In this document: piece after piece, positions 1 through 13,220 of the stretch
How the letters are laid out: each line of letters starts with the position of its first letter
How positions within the stretch are numbered: the first letter of the stretch is position 1
Origin: Hypanus sabinus
Lineage: Eukaryota
DNA length: 64,000 nucleotides
Reading direction: 5' to 3'
Assembly: GCF_030144855.1 (NCBI RefSeq)
Contig: NC_082708.1
Coordinates: 46,686,001 to 46,750,000 of the forward strand
Translations under genes and position numbers: made by a program
The notes under the pieces: model-generated
Seen by the model: only the letters and a program-made list of their open reading frames with translations
Told to the model about the DNA's origin: nothing
The model's database searches: none

Positions 1-395
1 GCTTTCAAAAGATTCAGAAGGATGCAGATTAGTTACATACACCGTAAAGGCGTAGAAATAGCAGATGGAACTTAATCAAAGCAGCTGTGAGGTGCTGTAC
101 TTTGTGAGTTCAAACGCAAGGGGAAAGTATATAGTTAATGGCAGGACCCTTGGCATTGTTGATGTGCAGAGGGATCTTAGGATCAAAGTCCATAGTTCAC
201 TGAAAGTGATATGAAAGTAAACGTGGTAAAGAAGGCATGTGGCTTACTTTCAGTGGTTGGGGTATTGCATATAGGAATAAGGAGATCATGTTGCAAATAT
301 ATAAAACTTTGGTGAGGCTGAGTATTGTGTGCAATTCTTGCTGCCTCATTGCTCCATTACAGGAAGGATGTGAAGACTTTGTAAAAAGTAGAGAA
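1..395 (+). mobile_element. CR1-type LINE, decayed 3' ORF2 fragment
   Basis: Typical CR1 segments (cagagggatcttaggatcaaagtccatag; MLQIYKTLVR). Confidence 0.7.
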
Positions 396-414
396 AAGGT
401 TTCTCAGAAAGTGG

Positions 415-900
415 ATTTCCATACACCCACCATTTGGGCCCCTTTAAACATCTATTCCATCACGTTAAGCCTATGGCTTCTGGGTTTAGATTTGCTTCCT
501 GACTTTGGAAAAAGATTGACAATGCATCTTGTCTATCTCCTCATGACTTTATAGGCCTTTCTAAAGTTACCCCTCACCCACCATAATTCAAGTGCAACCT
601 CACGGGCATCTTGTACCACTGTAACATGACATCTCAGCTCTTGTACTCAGTGCCCCCATCCAATGAAGGCAAGTGAGCCATAAACCACTTTCACCTAGTT
701 TACCCATGCCAGCACTTTATGGAAATTAGGCATTTGTATCACAAGGTGACTCTGTTCTACAATGCTTTCAGGACCTTGTTATTTCCTGAATGTCCTGCAC
801 TAGATTACTTCCCCAAAATGTATCACTTTATAATTGTCCTAGTTAAATTCCATCTGATATTCCTTAGATTACTTTACCAATTAATTGATCTAGATCTTGC
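415..900 (-). mobile_element. CR1-type LINE fragments, antisense
   Basis: Degenerate similarity to the other antisense CR1 copies in the window. Confidence 0.45.
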
Positions 901-904
901 CCTA

Positions 905-1215
905 ACCTCAGGCGATTGTTTGGATCCCTGGATGGTGGGAAAGGAGGAGATGAAGGACCAGGTTTTGCATGTCCTGCAGGAGATGGATTAATCTCCACAA
1001 TGTGATTTAGCTCTGTTTTGGAGAAATTGAGCACAAATTGGCTGACTAATTTGTGAAATACCTGTATTAATTCCACAGGGGCTGTTTAATTCCTCATCCC
1101 ACTCCCACACTGACCTGTCTGTCTGTGGCCTCCTGCACCATTGTAATGCAGCCCAGCTTTTTGTCTTTTGCCTGGGCACATCAATCTTTTAAACTTGAAT
1201 TGAATTATCTAACCA
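905..1215. mobile_element. Penelope-like element fragments (GIY-YIG region)
   Basis: tcccactcccacactgacctgtctgtctgtggcctcctgcac resembles the Penelope endonuclease-end sequence also seen near 44800. Confidence 0.5.
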
Positions 1216-1219
1216 CACC

Positions 1220-1450
1220 AGGGTGGAGTTGCAGTTAGCATATTGCTTTATAGCGCCAGCTTTCACCAACCAGGATTCAATTCCCACCGCTGCCTGTAAG
1301 GAGGTTTTCCTGCCCTCCCCATGATCCAAAAACATGCAGTTAAGCTTAGCGAGCTGTGGCCATGCGATGTTGGCGCCAATAGTGTAGTGGCACTGTGGGC
1401 TGCCCAGCACAATCCTCACCGATTTGATTTAGCACTGTTTATTTCAAGGT
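1220..1450 (+). mobile_element. tRNA-derived V-SINE-like element
   Basis: B-box-like ggattcaattccc followed by the V-domain-like gctgcctgtaaggaggttt...ctcccc. Confidence 0.6.
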
Positions 1451-2552
1451 AATCTTTTAACCTCAGGCAACTCATTTCTGTCTTGGCAAAACTGCACACC
1501 TCTACTCTAAATCCCCATCATTGGCTCAGGTTTTCTCTTCTGTTAGAAAAACCGGACTTTTCTCTGTTTCTTTGAATTATCATCTCAAAGGTCCCATTTG
1601 ACACGAGGATTGCTGCAACTTATTCCCATGATTGCTGTGGCCTTGCTTTTCTCTTTGCACAAATACTGCCTCATACATTGAGTATTTCCAGCATTTTTTG
1701 GTTTTTTTATTTTCAGCAGTTAACTCACTTAAGAGTTTGCCGTTAAATTATCTATTAACATGTAATCATTTTTTAAATATCAGTATCCTTTGGTATTAAA
1801 AACACTGCATTTCAAAGATCAATTAAAAATGTGGTACTTGAGCAAATAAGACCAGCAAGACCTGTGGAAAATGTTTTTCCCTTCTTTAAATTCAGGGTAA
1901 ATGATTGTTGAAAATGGGGGTATTGTAGCTTTATATCTACTTTGCCACAGAGGCACAATGATCTCACTTGTTCTAATATCATTAGTTAATTATTTGTTGC
2001 TCACAATCTTGCACTAGTAACTTAATCCAGGAATGTTTTTCTAATAATGTTAGGTTATGTTCTTAATTCAACTGATTGGTTATAGTTAAAAAATTACCTA
2101 AACGGGTGTTGTGCAAGCCTTGAATTGTTGATGGTTAATATTGTATTGCGTAAGTTCTTAAACTTAAGTTCTATGTGTTATTATGTCTGAAATGAAGAAG
2201 ACAACAGATGTGTGGAATTTTACCAAAGCTTGCTGAAACTGGTTGTTGGAAGTGGAATGCTACCAGTTTTAAAGCAAAGCCATGGTAATGGCTAGAAAGG
2301 GACTAAGTGGATTCTGCTTAATTAGGACTCATTGGGACCAGTACATTTTAGCCCAATTAAGTGGCTGCCCCAATTAGCTGAAGTTTTATCGAAATAGTTA
2401 AAAATGTATATATTTTTTTTAAAAAAAACAAACTGAGTAACAAATTATGTATTTAAATTAAATACAGAACAAATTAGAATACTAGCAATAGTGCTACAGG
2501 ACAATAAAACTATGTATTTGTTCCCAATAGTTCTCAATGGAGGAATTTATCC

Positions 2553-5118
2553 ACAACACCAAAAGATATAGGAGCAGAAGTCAGCCATTTGGCCCAACAA
2601 ATCTGTTCCATCATTTCATCATGGCTGATCCATTTTCCCTCTCAGCACTAATGTCCAACATTCTCCCTGTATCCTTTCATGCCTTGACTAATCAAGAATC
2701 TATCAACCTCTGCCCTAAATACACCCAGTGACCCAGTCTCTACAGTCGCCTGTGGCAACAAATTCCAAAGATCCACTACTTTCTGGCTAAAGAAATTCCT
2801 CCTTAGCTTCATTCTAAAAGAATGCCCCTCTATTCTGAGGCTGTGCACACTGGTCTTAGACTCCCCATCCTCTCCACATCGACTCTATTGAGGCCTTTCA
2901 ATGTTTAGTAGGTTTCAGTGAGGTCACCCTTTATTCTTCTGAATTTCATGACTTGTCTATCTTCAGACCTTTCAGTTTCCCAAGAACTTTCTCCCTAGAC
3001 TGATGCAAAATATCTATTCAGTTCATCTGAAATTTCTTGTCTCCCATAACTACCTCTCCAGCAGTTTGATATCTTCTCTCACCTCTTTTACACTTTATTT
3101 ATCTGAAGAAACTTTTAGTATCCTCCTTAATATTATTGGTTGTTTACCATCGTATTCAATCTTTATCTCCTTTAACTTTTTTAGTTGCCTTCTGTTGGTT
3201 TTTAAAATCTTCCCAATCCTCTAACTTCCCACTAATTTTCGCTCTATTGTATGCAGTTTCTTTGGTACTTATGTTGGTTGTGTGAACTGCTGCAAAAAAG
3301 GTTATTGAAAAGCACAAATCAAGAGATGGATACAAGAAAATTTCCAGGTCACTGAATATCCCTTAGAGTACTGTTAAGTCAATAATCAAGAAACGGAAAG
3401 ATTAAGGCACAGCTATAAATCTGGATAGAGCAGGTCGTCCTCAAAAATTGAGTGACCATGCAAGAAGGGAGGGAGCCCACCATGAGACCTATGACAACTT
3501 TGGAGAAGTTGCAAGCTTCAGTGGCTGAGATGGGAGAGACTGTGCATGCAACTGTCGCCCGGGTACGTCACCAGTCGCAGCTTTATGGGAGAGTGGCAAA
3601 GGGAGAGCCACTGATGAAAAAAATTCATGCCAAATCTAAGCTATAGTTTGCCAGAAGGTATGTGGGAGACTCTGAAGTCAGCTGGAAGTAGGTTCTGTGG
3701 TCTAATGAAACCAAAATTGAGCTTTTTGCTCATCAGACTAAATGCTGTTTGGTGTAAGCCTAACACCACACACCATCCCTACCGTGAAGCATGGTGGTGG
3801 CTCCATCACGCTGTAGGGACACTTACTGCAGAGGCCCTGGAAGGCTTGTGAAGGTAGAGGGTAAAATGAATGAAGCAAAATACATCGAAATCCTGGAGGA
3901 AAACCTGCTGCAGTCTACAAGAGATCTGCGACTTGGGAGAAGAATTGTTGTCCAGCAAGACAATGACCCCAAGCGTAAAGCCAAAGCTGCACAGAGTGGC
4001 TTAAAAACAGCAATGTTAATGTCCTGGAGTGGCCAAGTCAGAGTCCAGACCTCAATTCAATAGAGAATTTGTGGCTAGATTGAGAACGGTTGTTCACTCA
4101 TCATCCCCATGCAGTTTGACACAGCTTGAGCAGTTTTAGAAAGAAAGAGGAAGCATTGTAGTGTCCAGATGTGCAAAGCTGATAGAGACCTATCCACACA
4201 GACTCAAGGCTGGAATTGCTGCCAGAGGTGCATCTACTAAATACTGATTTGAAGGGGGTCAATTATTTTTATATTTTATATATTTGTAATTAAATTAGAT
4301 TACTTTATAGAGATCTGTTTTCACTTTGACACACAAGAGTCTTTCTCAGTTGATCAGTGTCAAAAAAAAGCCAAATTAAATCCACTGTGTTTCAATGTTG
4401 TGAAACAGTAAAACATGAAAGCTTTTTATAGGCTCTGTATGTGCGTGTGTATGTATCTGTGCCTTCCAAATTGCTCCCAGAAATTCCAACCATTGATGCT
4501 CTGCTGTCATCCCTGCCAGTGTTCTTTTCCAATCAATTTTGGCTTACTCCTCATGCCTTTGTAATTCCCTTTACTCCACTGTGATACTGATACATCTGAC
4601 TTCAGCTTCTCTTTCTCAAATTTCAGGGTGAATTATGATAATTGGCCCCTAAGGATTCCTTGACCTTGACCTCTGTAATCAAATCTGGTTCATTGCACAA
4701 CAGCCAGTCCAGAATAGCTCATTCCCTAGTGGGGTCAACCACTAGCTGCTCTTTTTTTTAGAAAAAAAGCGCCATCTCATAGGCATTCTACAAACTCCCC
4801 CTCTTGAAATCCAGCACCAACCTGATTTTCCCAATTCCCCTGCTTATTGAAATCCCCCGTGACTATTGTATCGTTGCCCTTTTGGCATGCATTTTATATC
4901 TGCTGTTGTAATTTGAAGACCACATGTTCACTACTGTTTGGAGGTCTGTGTATAACTCCCATCAAGCTCTTTTAACCCCTGCAGCTCCTTTGCTTGACCC
5001 ACAACAGTTTAATACCTTCTGACCCTATGTCACCTCTTCCTAATGATTTGATTTTACTTTTTAACAACAGAATCATGCCACCTCCTTTGCCTACCTGCCT
5101 GTCCTTTCAATACAATGT
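2553..5118 (-). mobile_element. CR1 LINE (internally deleted) inserted in the Tigger-like element
   Basis: 3' end at 2553 (ORF 2648..2848 LRIEGHSFRMKLRRNFFSQKVV). Segments 2950-3280 and 4441-5118 are collinear with the CR1 at 32850-33720. Confidence 0.8.
3283..4437 (+). mobile_element. Tc1-family transposon, 5'-truncated, with transposase pseudogene
   Basis: Frameshifted transposase motifs ([49 protein letters not shown]). Right TIR tttttataggctctg followed by TA. Confidence 0.9.
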
Positions 5119-5829
5119 GAATGCAAGGAACAAAATTAGTGCAATTGTTTAGTGCAGTTAATGGGTACCTTCATTTGCATCCTCCAAATCTTTACTTTCA
5201 TTATAACATTCAAGATGATTGTCGATAATATCAAATTCTTAATAGTCTCTAGCTTGTTGAAGTAGTGAAATCATTTCTTTTTCACTCCTGGCTGTTTCTG
5301 TCATCTCCAGTGTGTATGTTTGAAACCACATTAAACAAAACACCTTGGAGTTGTCTTACTGTTTATTTCACACCAACTCTCAGGGACAAAAATCACTTCT
5401 TTTTGAATAGAGACATGCACAACTAATGCTATGTAAAAACAGTTTGCTCTAAGCACAATGTATCGTCTAACAACCATACAGTGCATGTGATTGACTCTAG
5501 TTAGATCCTGTTTGGCAACAGTCTCCTGCCCAAATTAAGGACATGGTGTCCCAAATAAACAAGGGAATTACCAGCGATTTCTTCGATTAGTTTTTCTCTA
5601 AAAGTTTTCCCTTATAAGCAGCTGCTCCAAATAATTGATGGTCCAATTAACTGGAATTCACTGTAATTAGAGCAAGAGCGTTGTTGGTACAAACTACTAA
5701 TGTAAGGATCTTTAATGATCTTTGAAAATTGTGTGTATAGATATGATAAATTTCCTAACATTTAAGATTGTAATAGTTTCTTTTATCCTGTTGATGCATG
5801 ACATTTAATCTAAACTTTGTTTTTCAGAA

Positions 5830-6560
5830 AGGTGGACACCCAGTGTCCTTGTTTTGTTCAGCACTTGTGTCCTGTTGACACAAAAACAAAAATCAGCAAT
5901 AGGACTTGAAAGACCCTGCAAAGCTCAGCCAAAGTCCCATGGCTAATCTTTTGACTCTCAGCCAGCAAGCACCACCAAATGTCCAAGTGCCCTGATACTC
6001 ATAAGTAGTATCTACAAATAGATTTACAATTCCCATGCCAGAAACCTCAGAGCAGTTCCCAAATCTTCTGGCAGTCTTGTTAAACCAATACATGTTTAAT
6101 GTGAGGAGCTCTTAGGGTGCACGCTAAAAGCTGGGAAGAAAAGGGATTGGATGTCCTAAAAAATAATCTTGAAACTCAAAGAAGAAATAGCAGGAGAGAA
6201 AAGCATCAGAGATTCAGCAACAACAAAAAACTTGGATTCTTCAATGCTCAAGAGTATTTATGACCCAAACACCCAAGGCCCCTCCTGCTCAAAGCCAAGA
6301 ATGGAGGAAAGGTTAGGGACAGTGTGATGGCTCATGCCCACTGGTAGGAGCATTTTGAACATAATTTCAAGGAAGCCTCCTTAATGAGACTCTCCTTGAT
6401 TACACTCAGGAGTTCACTATCTACTACTACTCTGGCAGAAAATTGTCCAAGCAAAAGGTTGGGAAGGTTGGCCACCAATCTGTTGGAAAAAGGCCTCTGG
6501 AACAGATGCACCTATCCCACTGTACTATTACATCTTTTTTTCTGTTGATGGTCAAGGTCT
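5830..6560 (+). mobile_element. Ancient RTE-type LINE remnant
   Basis: Degenerate translation IYDPNTQGPLLLKAKNG...W*EHFE resembles the RTE linker region. Confidence 0.4.
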
Positions 6561-6824
6561 ATTTGCCATGATAATTAATCTTTTTGATATGCACACAACC
6601 TGAAATATAGTGAATTTTGCTTTAGAATTGCTTTATAACTATTTGACATTGAGGAGCCAGGCTTACCAGGTAACTATCTTTAAAAATGCACATGAGCCCT
6701 GTTAATTTTTTTTCAATTTTGATGGTGAAATTTTCAATGTATGCTTTCAGCTGATAGTTTGACTGACTAGTTGGTAGATGACTGAGTTTCTAAAATGGAA
6801 TAGCAATACTTCTGTTAAACTTAG

Positions 6825-6930
6825 GATGGTGTGCTCTCACCTGAAGACGTAGACCTTGTGATGTCTGCTGGCTTAGGAATGCGTTATACTTTTATGGGAC
6901 CTTTTGAAACTGCTCATCTCAATGCACCAG
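6825..6930 (+). CDS. CRYL1: CRYL1 (lambda-crystallin homolog / L-gulonate 3-dehydrogenase), third-from-last coding exon
   Basis: ttag| acceptor and |gtaag donor, 106 bp. Translates [35 protein letters not shown](G), matching recalled human CRYL1 [36 protein letters not shown]. Earlier exons lie outside the window. Confidence 0.95.
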
Positions 6931-9443
6931 GTAAGAACTGATGAAGTCCACCGTACATTGGTAGTTATTCATGAGGGTAACAAACCTCATTACGGCCTTA
7001 GCCATTTAAAATCTATTAAAGACGGATGAAAGAGAAGAAAACAAAATATGAAGTTTTTTTATGATTCCTTGTCATCTGGAAAAAAGCTGTGATATGGAAA
7101 GCCAAGATGGGTCATGTGAGTTGGCCAAGTTGGTGCATTATGTAAAGAAATAGGATTATTCATTTTAAGAATATTTTATGTAAGATGTTTATTTTCATAG
7201 CTACTTGGGAGTCATAGTACATGAAAGTGAACAAGATGGCGCCAACGATCATTGGTGACATTCTGTGTGCTACAGAAAATTGTTCCAAAATTCCTCTTAA
7301 AGATATATACTTTTGCTGCAATCTACAGCATGTAACTTTTCTCTGTAAACAGTGGACTTTTAGATCACCTCAACAATCTTTAACTCTCACCATCAACTGA
7401 AGAACGCGGACCGGTTAGGTGCCATTAAGGCTCATCTCCACGTTCAAAAGTGAGGCAGGAGAGGGGGAATCCAAGCCAGACTGAAACACAGAAAGATGAG
7501 GCCTCCTCTACCCAGCATCTTGTTGGTGAATGTACAGTCGCTGGAGAATAAAATGGAGGATCTGATGGCAAGACTGCTGTATCAGAGGCAGATGAAATTC
7601 TGCTCAATTGTATACTGTATCAAAATTAGATTTTCTCCGGATACGCTGGATGCAGTGGACAGATCAGAAGAATTCATGATTCACAGAATGACTGAAGAGT
7701 GGACTCACAAAGAGAGGAGCTGTGTGTTTATGGTCCATTCTCTTTGGTGCTCCAGCGTGGCAGTTCTGTCAAACTTGTGTTCCCCCGACCCGGAACACCT
7801 AAATGCAGACTATTTTATTTACCTCGGCTGTTCTCATCTGTGATCCTGACCACAGCTTGTATACCACCAGCGGCTGACTATAAGCAAGCACTCACAACAC
7901 TGCATGATGACGTCCGTAGACATGAAACAGCCCATCCCAATGCATTTCAAAATGTAGTCAGAGACTTCAACCAGGCTTGTTTGAAGAAAACCCTGCTCAA
8001 TTACCATCAGCATATAACCTGTAGCACCAGAGGTCCCAACATACTAGACCACTGGTATACCAAGATAAGGAATGCCTACCATTCCTTGCCAAGACTGCAT
8101 TTTGGTAAATCAAATCACTTGGCTGTCCTCCTCCTACCTGCATACAGGCAGAGCCTAAAGAGCAGCAAGGCTTCAGAGATTAGGACAACTAAGAGGTGGT
8201 TACAGGAGGCAGACGAGTAATTACAGAATTACTCTGAGTCAGTGGACTGGGCCGTGCTCAAGCACTCATCTAGAGATCTGAATGAATACACCATAGTTGT
8301 AATGGACTTGATTAAAATAGCTGTGGATGTCCCCACTAAATAATTCGGTATCTTCCCCAATCAGAAGCCCTGGATGAACCAAGAGGTCTGAAATTTATTA
8401 GGGGCCGGATCAGAGACATTCAAACCTGGAGACCAAGAAAGCTACAAGAGCTGCAGGTATGATCTGTGGAAAGCAATCTCACGGACGAAGTGGAGATTCT
8501 GGAACAAACTGCAATCAACAAGGGATGCTCAGCATTGTGGCAGGGTTTGAATGCTTTCACCTCCTACAAGGTTAAATGAAGCAACATGGAAAACAGCAGG
8601 GCTTCACTTCCAAATGAGCTCACTGCCTCCTATGCTTGCATTGACTATCAGAATGTGGAGGAACCATAACAAACCCCCACATCTCCCAATGATCCGTTGA
8701 TCTCGGTATCTGAAGCTGACTTCAGGAGGGTGAATCCATGGAAAGCAGCCAGACCGATGGGGTACCTGGACACATACTAAAGATCTGTGCTGGTCAACTG
8801 GCTGGTGTGTTCCCTAACCTCTTAGTTCGGCAGGCTTCAATTGTAGCAGAGCCTAAGAAGAGTGTGGTGACCTGCCTCAGTAAGTATAACCCAGATGTAC
8901 GTAAATCGACAATGCTGAAGTATTTTGAGAGGCCAGTGATGAAACATCTGCTCCAGGCTGAAAGGTGACTTGGATCCACTCCAATTTGCCTACCAGAACA
9001 ACAGGTTCCCTGCAGATGCAATCACATTGGCTCTTTACTCTATCCCAGAACACCTAGACAGCAAAGGTGCATACATCAGGATGCTCTTTATTGACTACAG
9101 CTCAGCATTCAATACCACATCCTCTCAAAATTAGTCAATAAGCTCCAAGCCCTGGTCCTCAATGCCCTCTTGTGCAGTGGGATCCTGGATTTCCTCTCTT
9201 GCAGACCCCAGTCAGTTCAGATTGGGGAAAAACATCTCCTCTATGATCTCCATCAGCAGAGGTGTACCACAGGGCTGTGTGCTTAGCCCCCAGCTCTACT
9301 CACTTTTCACTTTGACTGTGAGGCCAAACGCAGTTCCAACATCATATTCAAATTTGCTGATGATGCTGTTGTGAGCCAAATCAAAGGTGGTGATGAATCA
9401 GCATACAGGAGGGAGATTGAAAATTTGTCTAAGTAGTGTTATA

Positions 9444-10440
9444 CAGGCAGTCCCCGGGTTACGTACGAGTTCCGTTCCTGAGTCCGTCTTTAAGTTGGAT
9501 TTGTACGTAAGTCGGAACAAGTACATCCGGTATTATTTAGCGTCAGTTAGTCAAACGTTAGTATATAGTATATATTTTACCTTTCTATGCATATAAAACA
9601 CTTAAGAAACGCATGTATTCCAATAATTAAACCACTGCGTTGCTTAGTAATAATTGTAGCTTTCATCGGGGCAGGACCTTTCACATGCTCCATTATTCTC
9701 ACTTTATCCTTTATCCTTTAAATTTGTTCAGATCGTTGACCGACTGTAGCCTAACGCTTTTCCAGTGACCGATGGCATTTCACCTCTTTCCAAATGCTTT
9801 ATTATTTCCACCTTATTTTCAATCGTGATCACTTCCTGTCAATGGAACAGAAATACTGTGGGCGGCGGGTCCCGAGCTCCGCCGGATTCCGAGGTCCGCT
9901 GGGTCCTAAACACCACCACACTGAGACAGGCTAAATGGGACAAGTGGGGGCTGTGCTGGGTTTGAGTATTTGATCATCCACAATATTCCGTGTGGGAATT
10001 TAAACTGGAGGTGGCAGTGTTTTTTTTTAAACGAGGTCGAGTTGCGAGCTCAACATCAACCCGGCACAGATGGTACGGGAGTCACTGGATCGACATCAAC
10101 CCGGCACGGATGGTATGGGAGTCACCGGATCGTCATCAACCCGGCACAGAAGCAGTCTGTCACTGGATCGTACTCGGGAACCTCTGTTCTCCAGCCTGGC
10201 ACTGATCTCACTGCACCACCGACCGACCAGAATGGGGGGGGGGAGGGGTCAGGGTCCATCTTACTAAGAAAAATTTAAGCCAAATACAAAGTTAAACACT
10301 CAACACAATGTCAACGGCAATGACTTAAAAAGGCGGACAGCGCCGTGATCTGACTTAAAATGGCGGGCGGCGTTCTCCTTCCTCAGTTCGTAAGAGCAAG
10401 TTGTCTGTAAGTCGGACGTTCATAACTTGGGGACTACCTG
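9444..10440. mobile_element. Tigger/pogo-like non-autonomous DNA transposon (997 bp) inserted in the Rex1 RT
   Basis: TIRs CAGGCAGTCCCCGGGTTACG / CAGGTAGTCCCCAAGTTATG, TA duplication at 9442-9443 and 10441-10442. Rex1 resumes in register after the insert. Confidence 0.9.
10050..10150. repeat. 40-bp tandem repeat, about 2.5 copies
   Basis: catcaacccggcac recurs at 10054, 10094 and 10134. Confidence 0.9.
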
Positions 10441-11299
10441 TAACATCATCCCCTCACTCATTGTCAGCAAGACCAAGGAACTGATTGTAGATTTCAAGAG
10501 AGGGAAACCAGAGGTCCACAAGCCAGTCCACATCAGAGGTGGAGAGGGTTAGCAAATTTAAATTCATTGGCATTACTGTTTCAGAGGATCTGTCCTGGAC
10601 CCAGCATGTAAGTGCAATTGCAAAGAAAACATGGCAGTGTCACTGCCTCTCTTCCTTAGATGTCATGCTGAACTTTTAGACAAACTTCTATAGATGTGTA
10701 GTGGGGAGTGTATTGACTGGCTGCATCACAGCCTGGTATGGAAACACCAATGCCCTTGAGTGGAAACTCCTACAAAAGGCAGTGGATTCAGCCCAGTACA
10801 TCACGGGTACAGCCCTCCAAATCATTGAGCACATCTAGATGAAATCCTGTCATAGGAAAGCAGTGTCCATCATCAGTGTTCTCCACCGCCCACAGGACTT
10901 GCATCACCAGGTCCAAGAACAGTTAACACCCCTCCACTATCAGGCTCTTGAATAAAAGGGGATAACTACACTCACTCACCCCATCACTGAGATGTTTCCC
11001 ACAACCAATAATTTCATTTGAAGGACTCTTTTTCTTGTTATTTGTTGCTATTTATTTGTATTTGCATTTGCACAGTTTGTTGTCTTCTGCATATGGTTGA
11101 TCTTTCATTGACCCTGTTATCGTCACTATTCTATAGATTTGCTGAGTATGCCCACAGGAAAATGAATCTCGTATGATTACATACTGTATATGTACTTTGA
11201 TAATAAGATATAAAGTTCAAAGTAAATTTTAAGTGCATAATGTAATCAGGAAGAAAATGCTACATTGGTATTTATTGCAGCAATTTATACCAGGCCTTG

Positions 11300-11470
11300 G
11301 AAGTTCAAAGGTTCATTTATTATGAAAGCACACAACTTTGAAATTCTTCTTCTCCAGATAGCCTTAAAACCGAGGAAGAAAAGCAAGGCAGCATGATCAT
11401 CAACCCCCAAATCCCTCCTCCCTGCACAAAAAAACAAAGGAAAATGGAACAGGCACATTGACCCCAAACT
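11300..11470 (-). mobile_element. Retroelement 3' fragment (related copy at about 54690-54930)
   Basis: Both copies share tttatt...acaac(t/c)(t/c)tgaaatt...tcttc...aga(t/c)ag and ctcccctgcac...aaaa. Confidence 0.45.
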
Positions 11471-11926
11471 TGCTGCAATACCACACTTGTAGCACTAAGC
11501 ACAGTTTTATTTGTTCCCAAGGATGGATACACTCACATTGGTGATCATGCAAATTAAATTACTAGCTTGGCAAGAGGAAATTGCCCTTAGTCAATCTTCG
11601 GGTAAAATAAAAATTATTTTTAGATGTCTAGAAGCAGATCGCCAGTCAGAAGGAGAGAAGAAAAAATTTGCATAAAATTTAAGACAATATGTTTGGTAAG
11701 AATTAGTTTGTGTCTGGAACAAAATAGTAATCGAGTTGCGCAAGTATTTATTTTCTGTCCTCTCCTTGTCCCACTTAAAAGAAGTTCAGTTATCAGTGCG
11801 TGTTAGAGCTTGCTCCAAAGGAGGCCAGATGTACCATGCCTTGTCTTGACATTTGTGACTATTTTCCACTTGGAAGCATATGATAAAAATGATAAATATA
11901 CAAATAAAAGTTTATTCATTTTCTAG

Positions 11927-12033
11927 GGTTCAAGTATTACTGTGAGCGGTATGAGGCAGGTATAAAAAGAGTCTTATCGTCTTTTGGACCTGTTCCTGAA
12001 TTTTCTGGCGAAGTTATGGAGAAAATTAATAAG
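11927..12033 (+). CDS. CRYL1: CRYL1 penultimate coding exon
   Basis: ttctag| acceptor and |gtagg donor, 107 bp, phase compatible with the previous exon. Translates (G)[35 protein letters not shown], similar to human [36 protein letters not shown]. Confidence 0.95.
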
Positions 12034-12962
12034 GTAGGTGGAAAGTCCTTTAGATTTTGTGATTAAGGAATATTGTTTCTGAAAGATCATACTACTAACT
12101 GGTAGAATTTGGTTCTACAGGGCCATATTAGGTTTTAACATTTGAAGTTACACCAGGGCATAAGCTTCACTCAAGTCACAGTGCATTCAGAGTATATTAG
12201 TATTGCTAGTTTAAAATATTAGCTGTGTGGAGAACTCAATTTGTATACATTATTTCTATATCTGCTGCCTTGACTACATTGTTATAGTAACTTATTTTTG
12301 TTGTTAATGCCTCCTTTTGATGATTTCTTTATTAAAGCCCTTTTGTAAATGGAAACTAAACCGTTTTTACGCGGATGATGTTGCAACCCAGGACACAAAC
12401 TAATACTGGGAAATACGATCTGCTCCATACTTGGACATGGGATTTATCCAAAATTACTAAGTGGGTGTTGGTGCATTTAATGTTTTTTTTCTAAAAGCAT
12501 CTGTATAAAAATTCAGAAGTATTTTGCAGTGGGTCCAGTTAAAATCAAAATGAGCATTCGTGTAACATGGAATTTTCCTCCCATCAATCTTTTCAATCTA
12601 GAAAACAATACTCTGAGGAAGTAATGTCATAATTCTGTTTTCAAGTCACTTTGGTATTCCTTGTAGATGTTCTTCTGAATGGGAATAGTATTAAATTAAG
12701 AACAGGTAACTTACTTTCCTGCTATGTTGAATGTTGATGCAAGTGTGAGGGAGATGATACTTTTTTTTAAAAAGTTAAACTTTGAGTATGGCAAAAAAAA
12801 ATTTTTTCAAAGAAATGGCTTGGTACAGTTGTTAAAATCAACACCTCCAATATCAAAAATGTAATTCAGAAGTAAGAGGTCATCTATTTGAATGTTTTTG
12901 TTACATTAAAATTAACATTTTAAATGGAGGTTTAAGATATGAATACTTTTTCAACTCTCTAG

Positions 12963-13070
12963 GCAATGTCTGAAAAAACTCCACCGGATCCAGAAAGCCT
13001 TAATGCGCGAAGAGTGCAGAGAGACTGTCATCTGATGGCTCTAGCAAAATTGAAATCGGATTGCAAGTGA
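12963..13070 (+). CDS. CRYL1: CRYL1 last coding exon with stop codon
   Basis: ctctctag| acceptor, phase 0. Translates AMSEKTPPDPESLNARRVQRDCHLMALAKLKSDCK*, similar to human [33 protein letters not shown]. Confidence 0.93.
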   Translation, partial: AMSEKTPPDPESLNARRVQRDCHLMALAKLKSDCK

Positions 13071-13195
13071 AATGTATTCCTAAAGATTCTCTCAAGATTG
13101 CTATCTTGTTTTACAGATTATAATGCAGAGCAATATGAGTTGCATTTATATAAAATGACATGTTAATACTTAATTGCTTGCTCATTTAATACATT

Positions 13196-13201
13196 ATTAA
13201 A
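13196..13201 (+). terminator. Candidate proximal CRYL1 poly(A) signal ATTAAA
   Basis: Variant hexamer about 125 bp after the stop, followed by T/GT-rich sequence. Confidence 0.4.
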
Positions 13202-13220
13202 TTTTTGCCTGTGCTTAAAT

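Larger units (their letters stand above)
2304..5663. mobile_element. Tigger/pogo-like non-autonomous DNA transposon, split by nested insertions
   Basis: Left end taagtggattctgcttaattaggac; right end reverse complement tacagtgaattccagttaattggac; TA flanks. Own sequence at about 2304-2552 and 5119-5663. Confidence 0.7.
7232..11205 (+). mobile_element. Rex1/Babar LINE, near full length, decayed
   Basis: 5' CAAGATGGCG; APE endonuclease (PSILLVNVQSLENK, DFNQ, TRGPNILDH); RT motifs ([21 protein letters not shown]); 3' end tatgtactttgataataa. Many stops and frameshifts. Confidence 0.9.

Noticed and set aside
1220-1300. tRNA gene
   Set aside because: Degenerate SINE head that continues into a V-SINE body; no cloverleaf.
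5822-6670. Additional CRYL1 exon after the acceptor-like ttttcag at about 5827
   Set aside because: No CRYL1-like translation; multiple stops; resembles an RTE LINE remnant.
10050-10150. 40-bp repeats as a CRISPR-like array
   Set aside because: Head-to-tail copies with no unique spacers, inside a eukaryotic DNA transposon.
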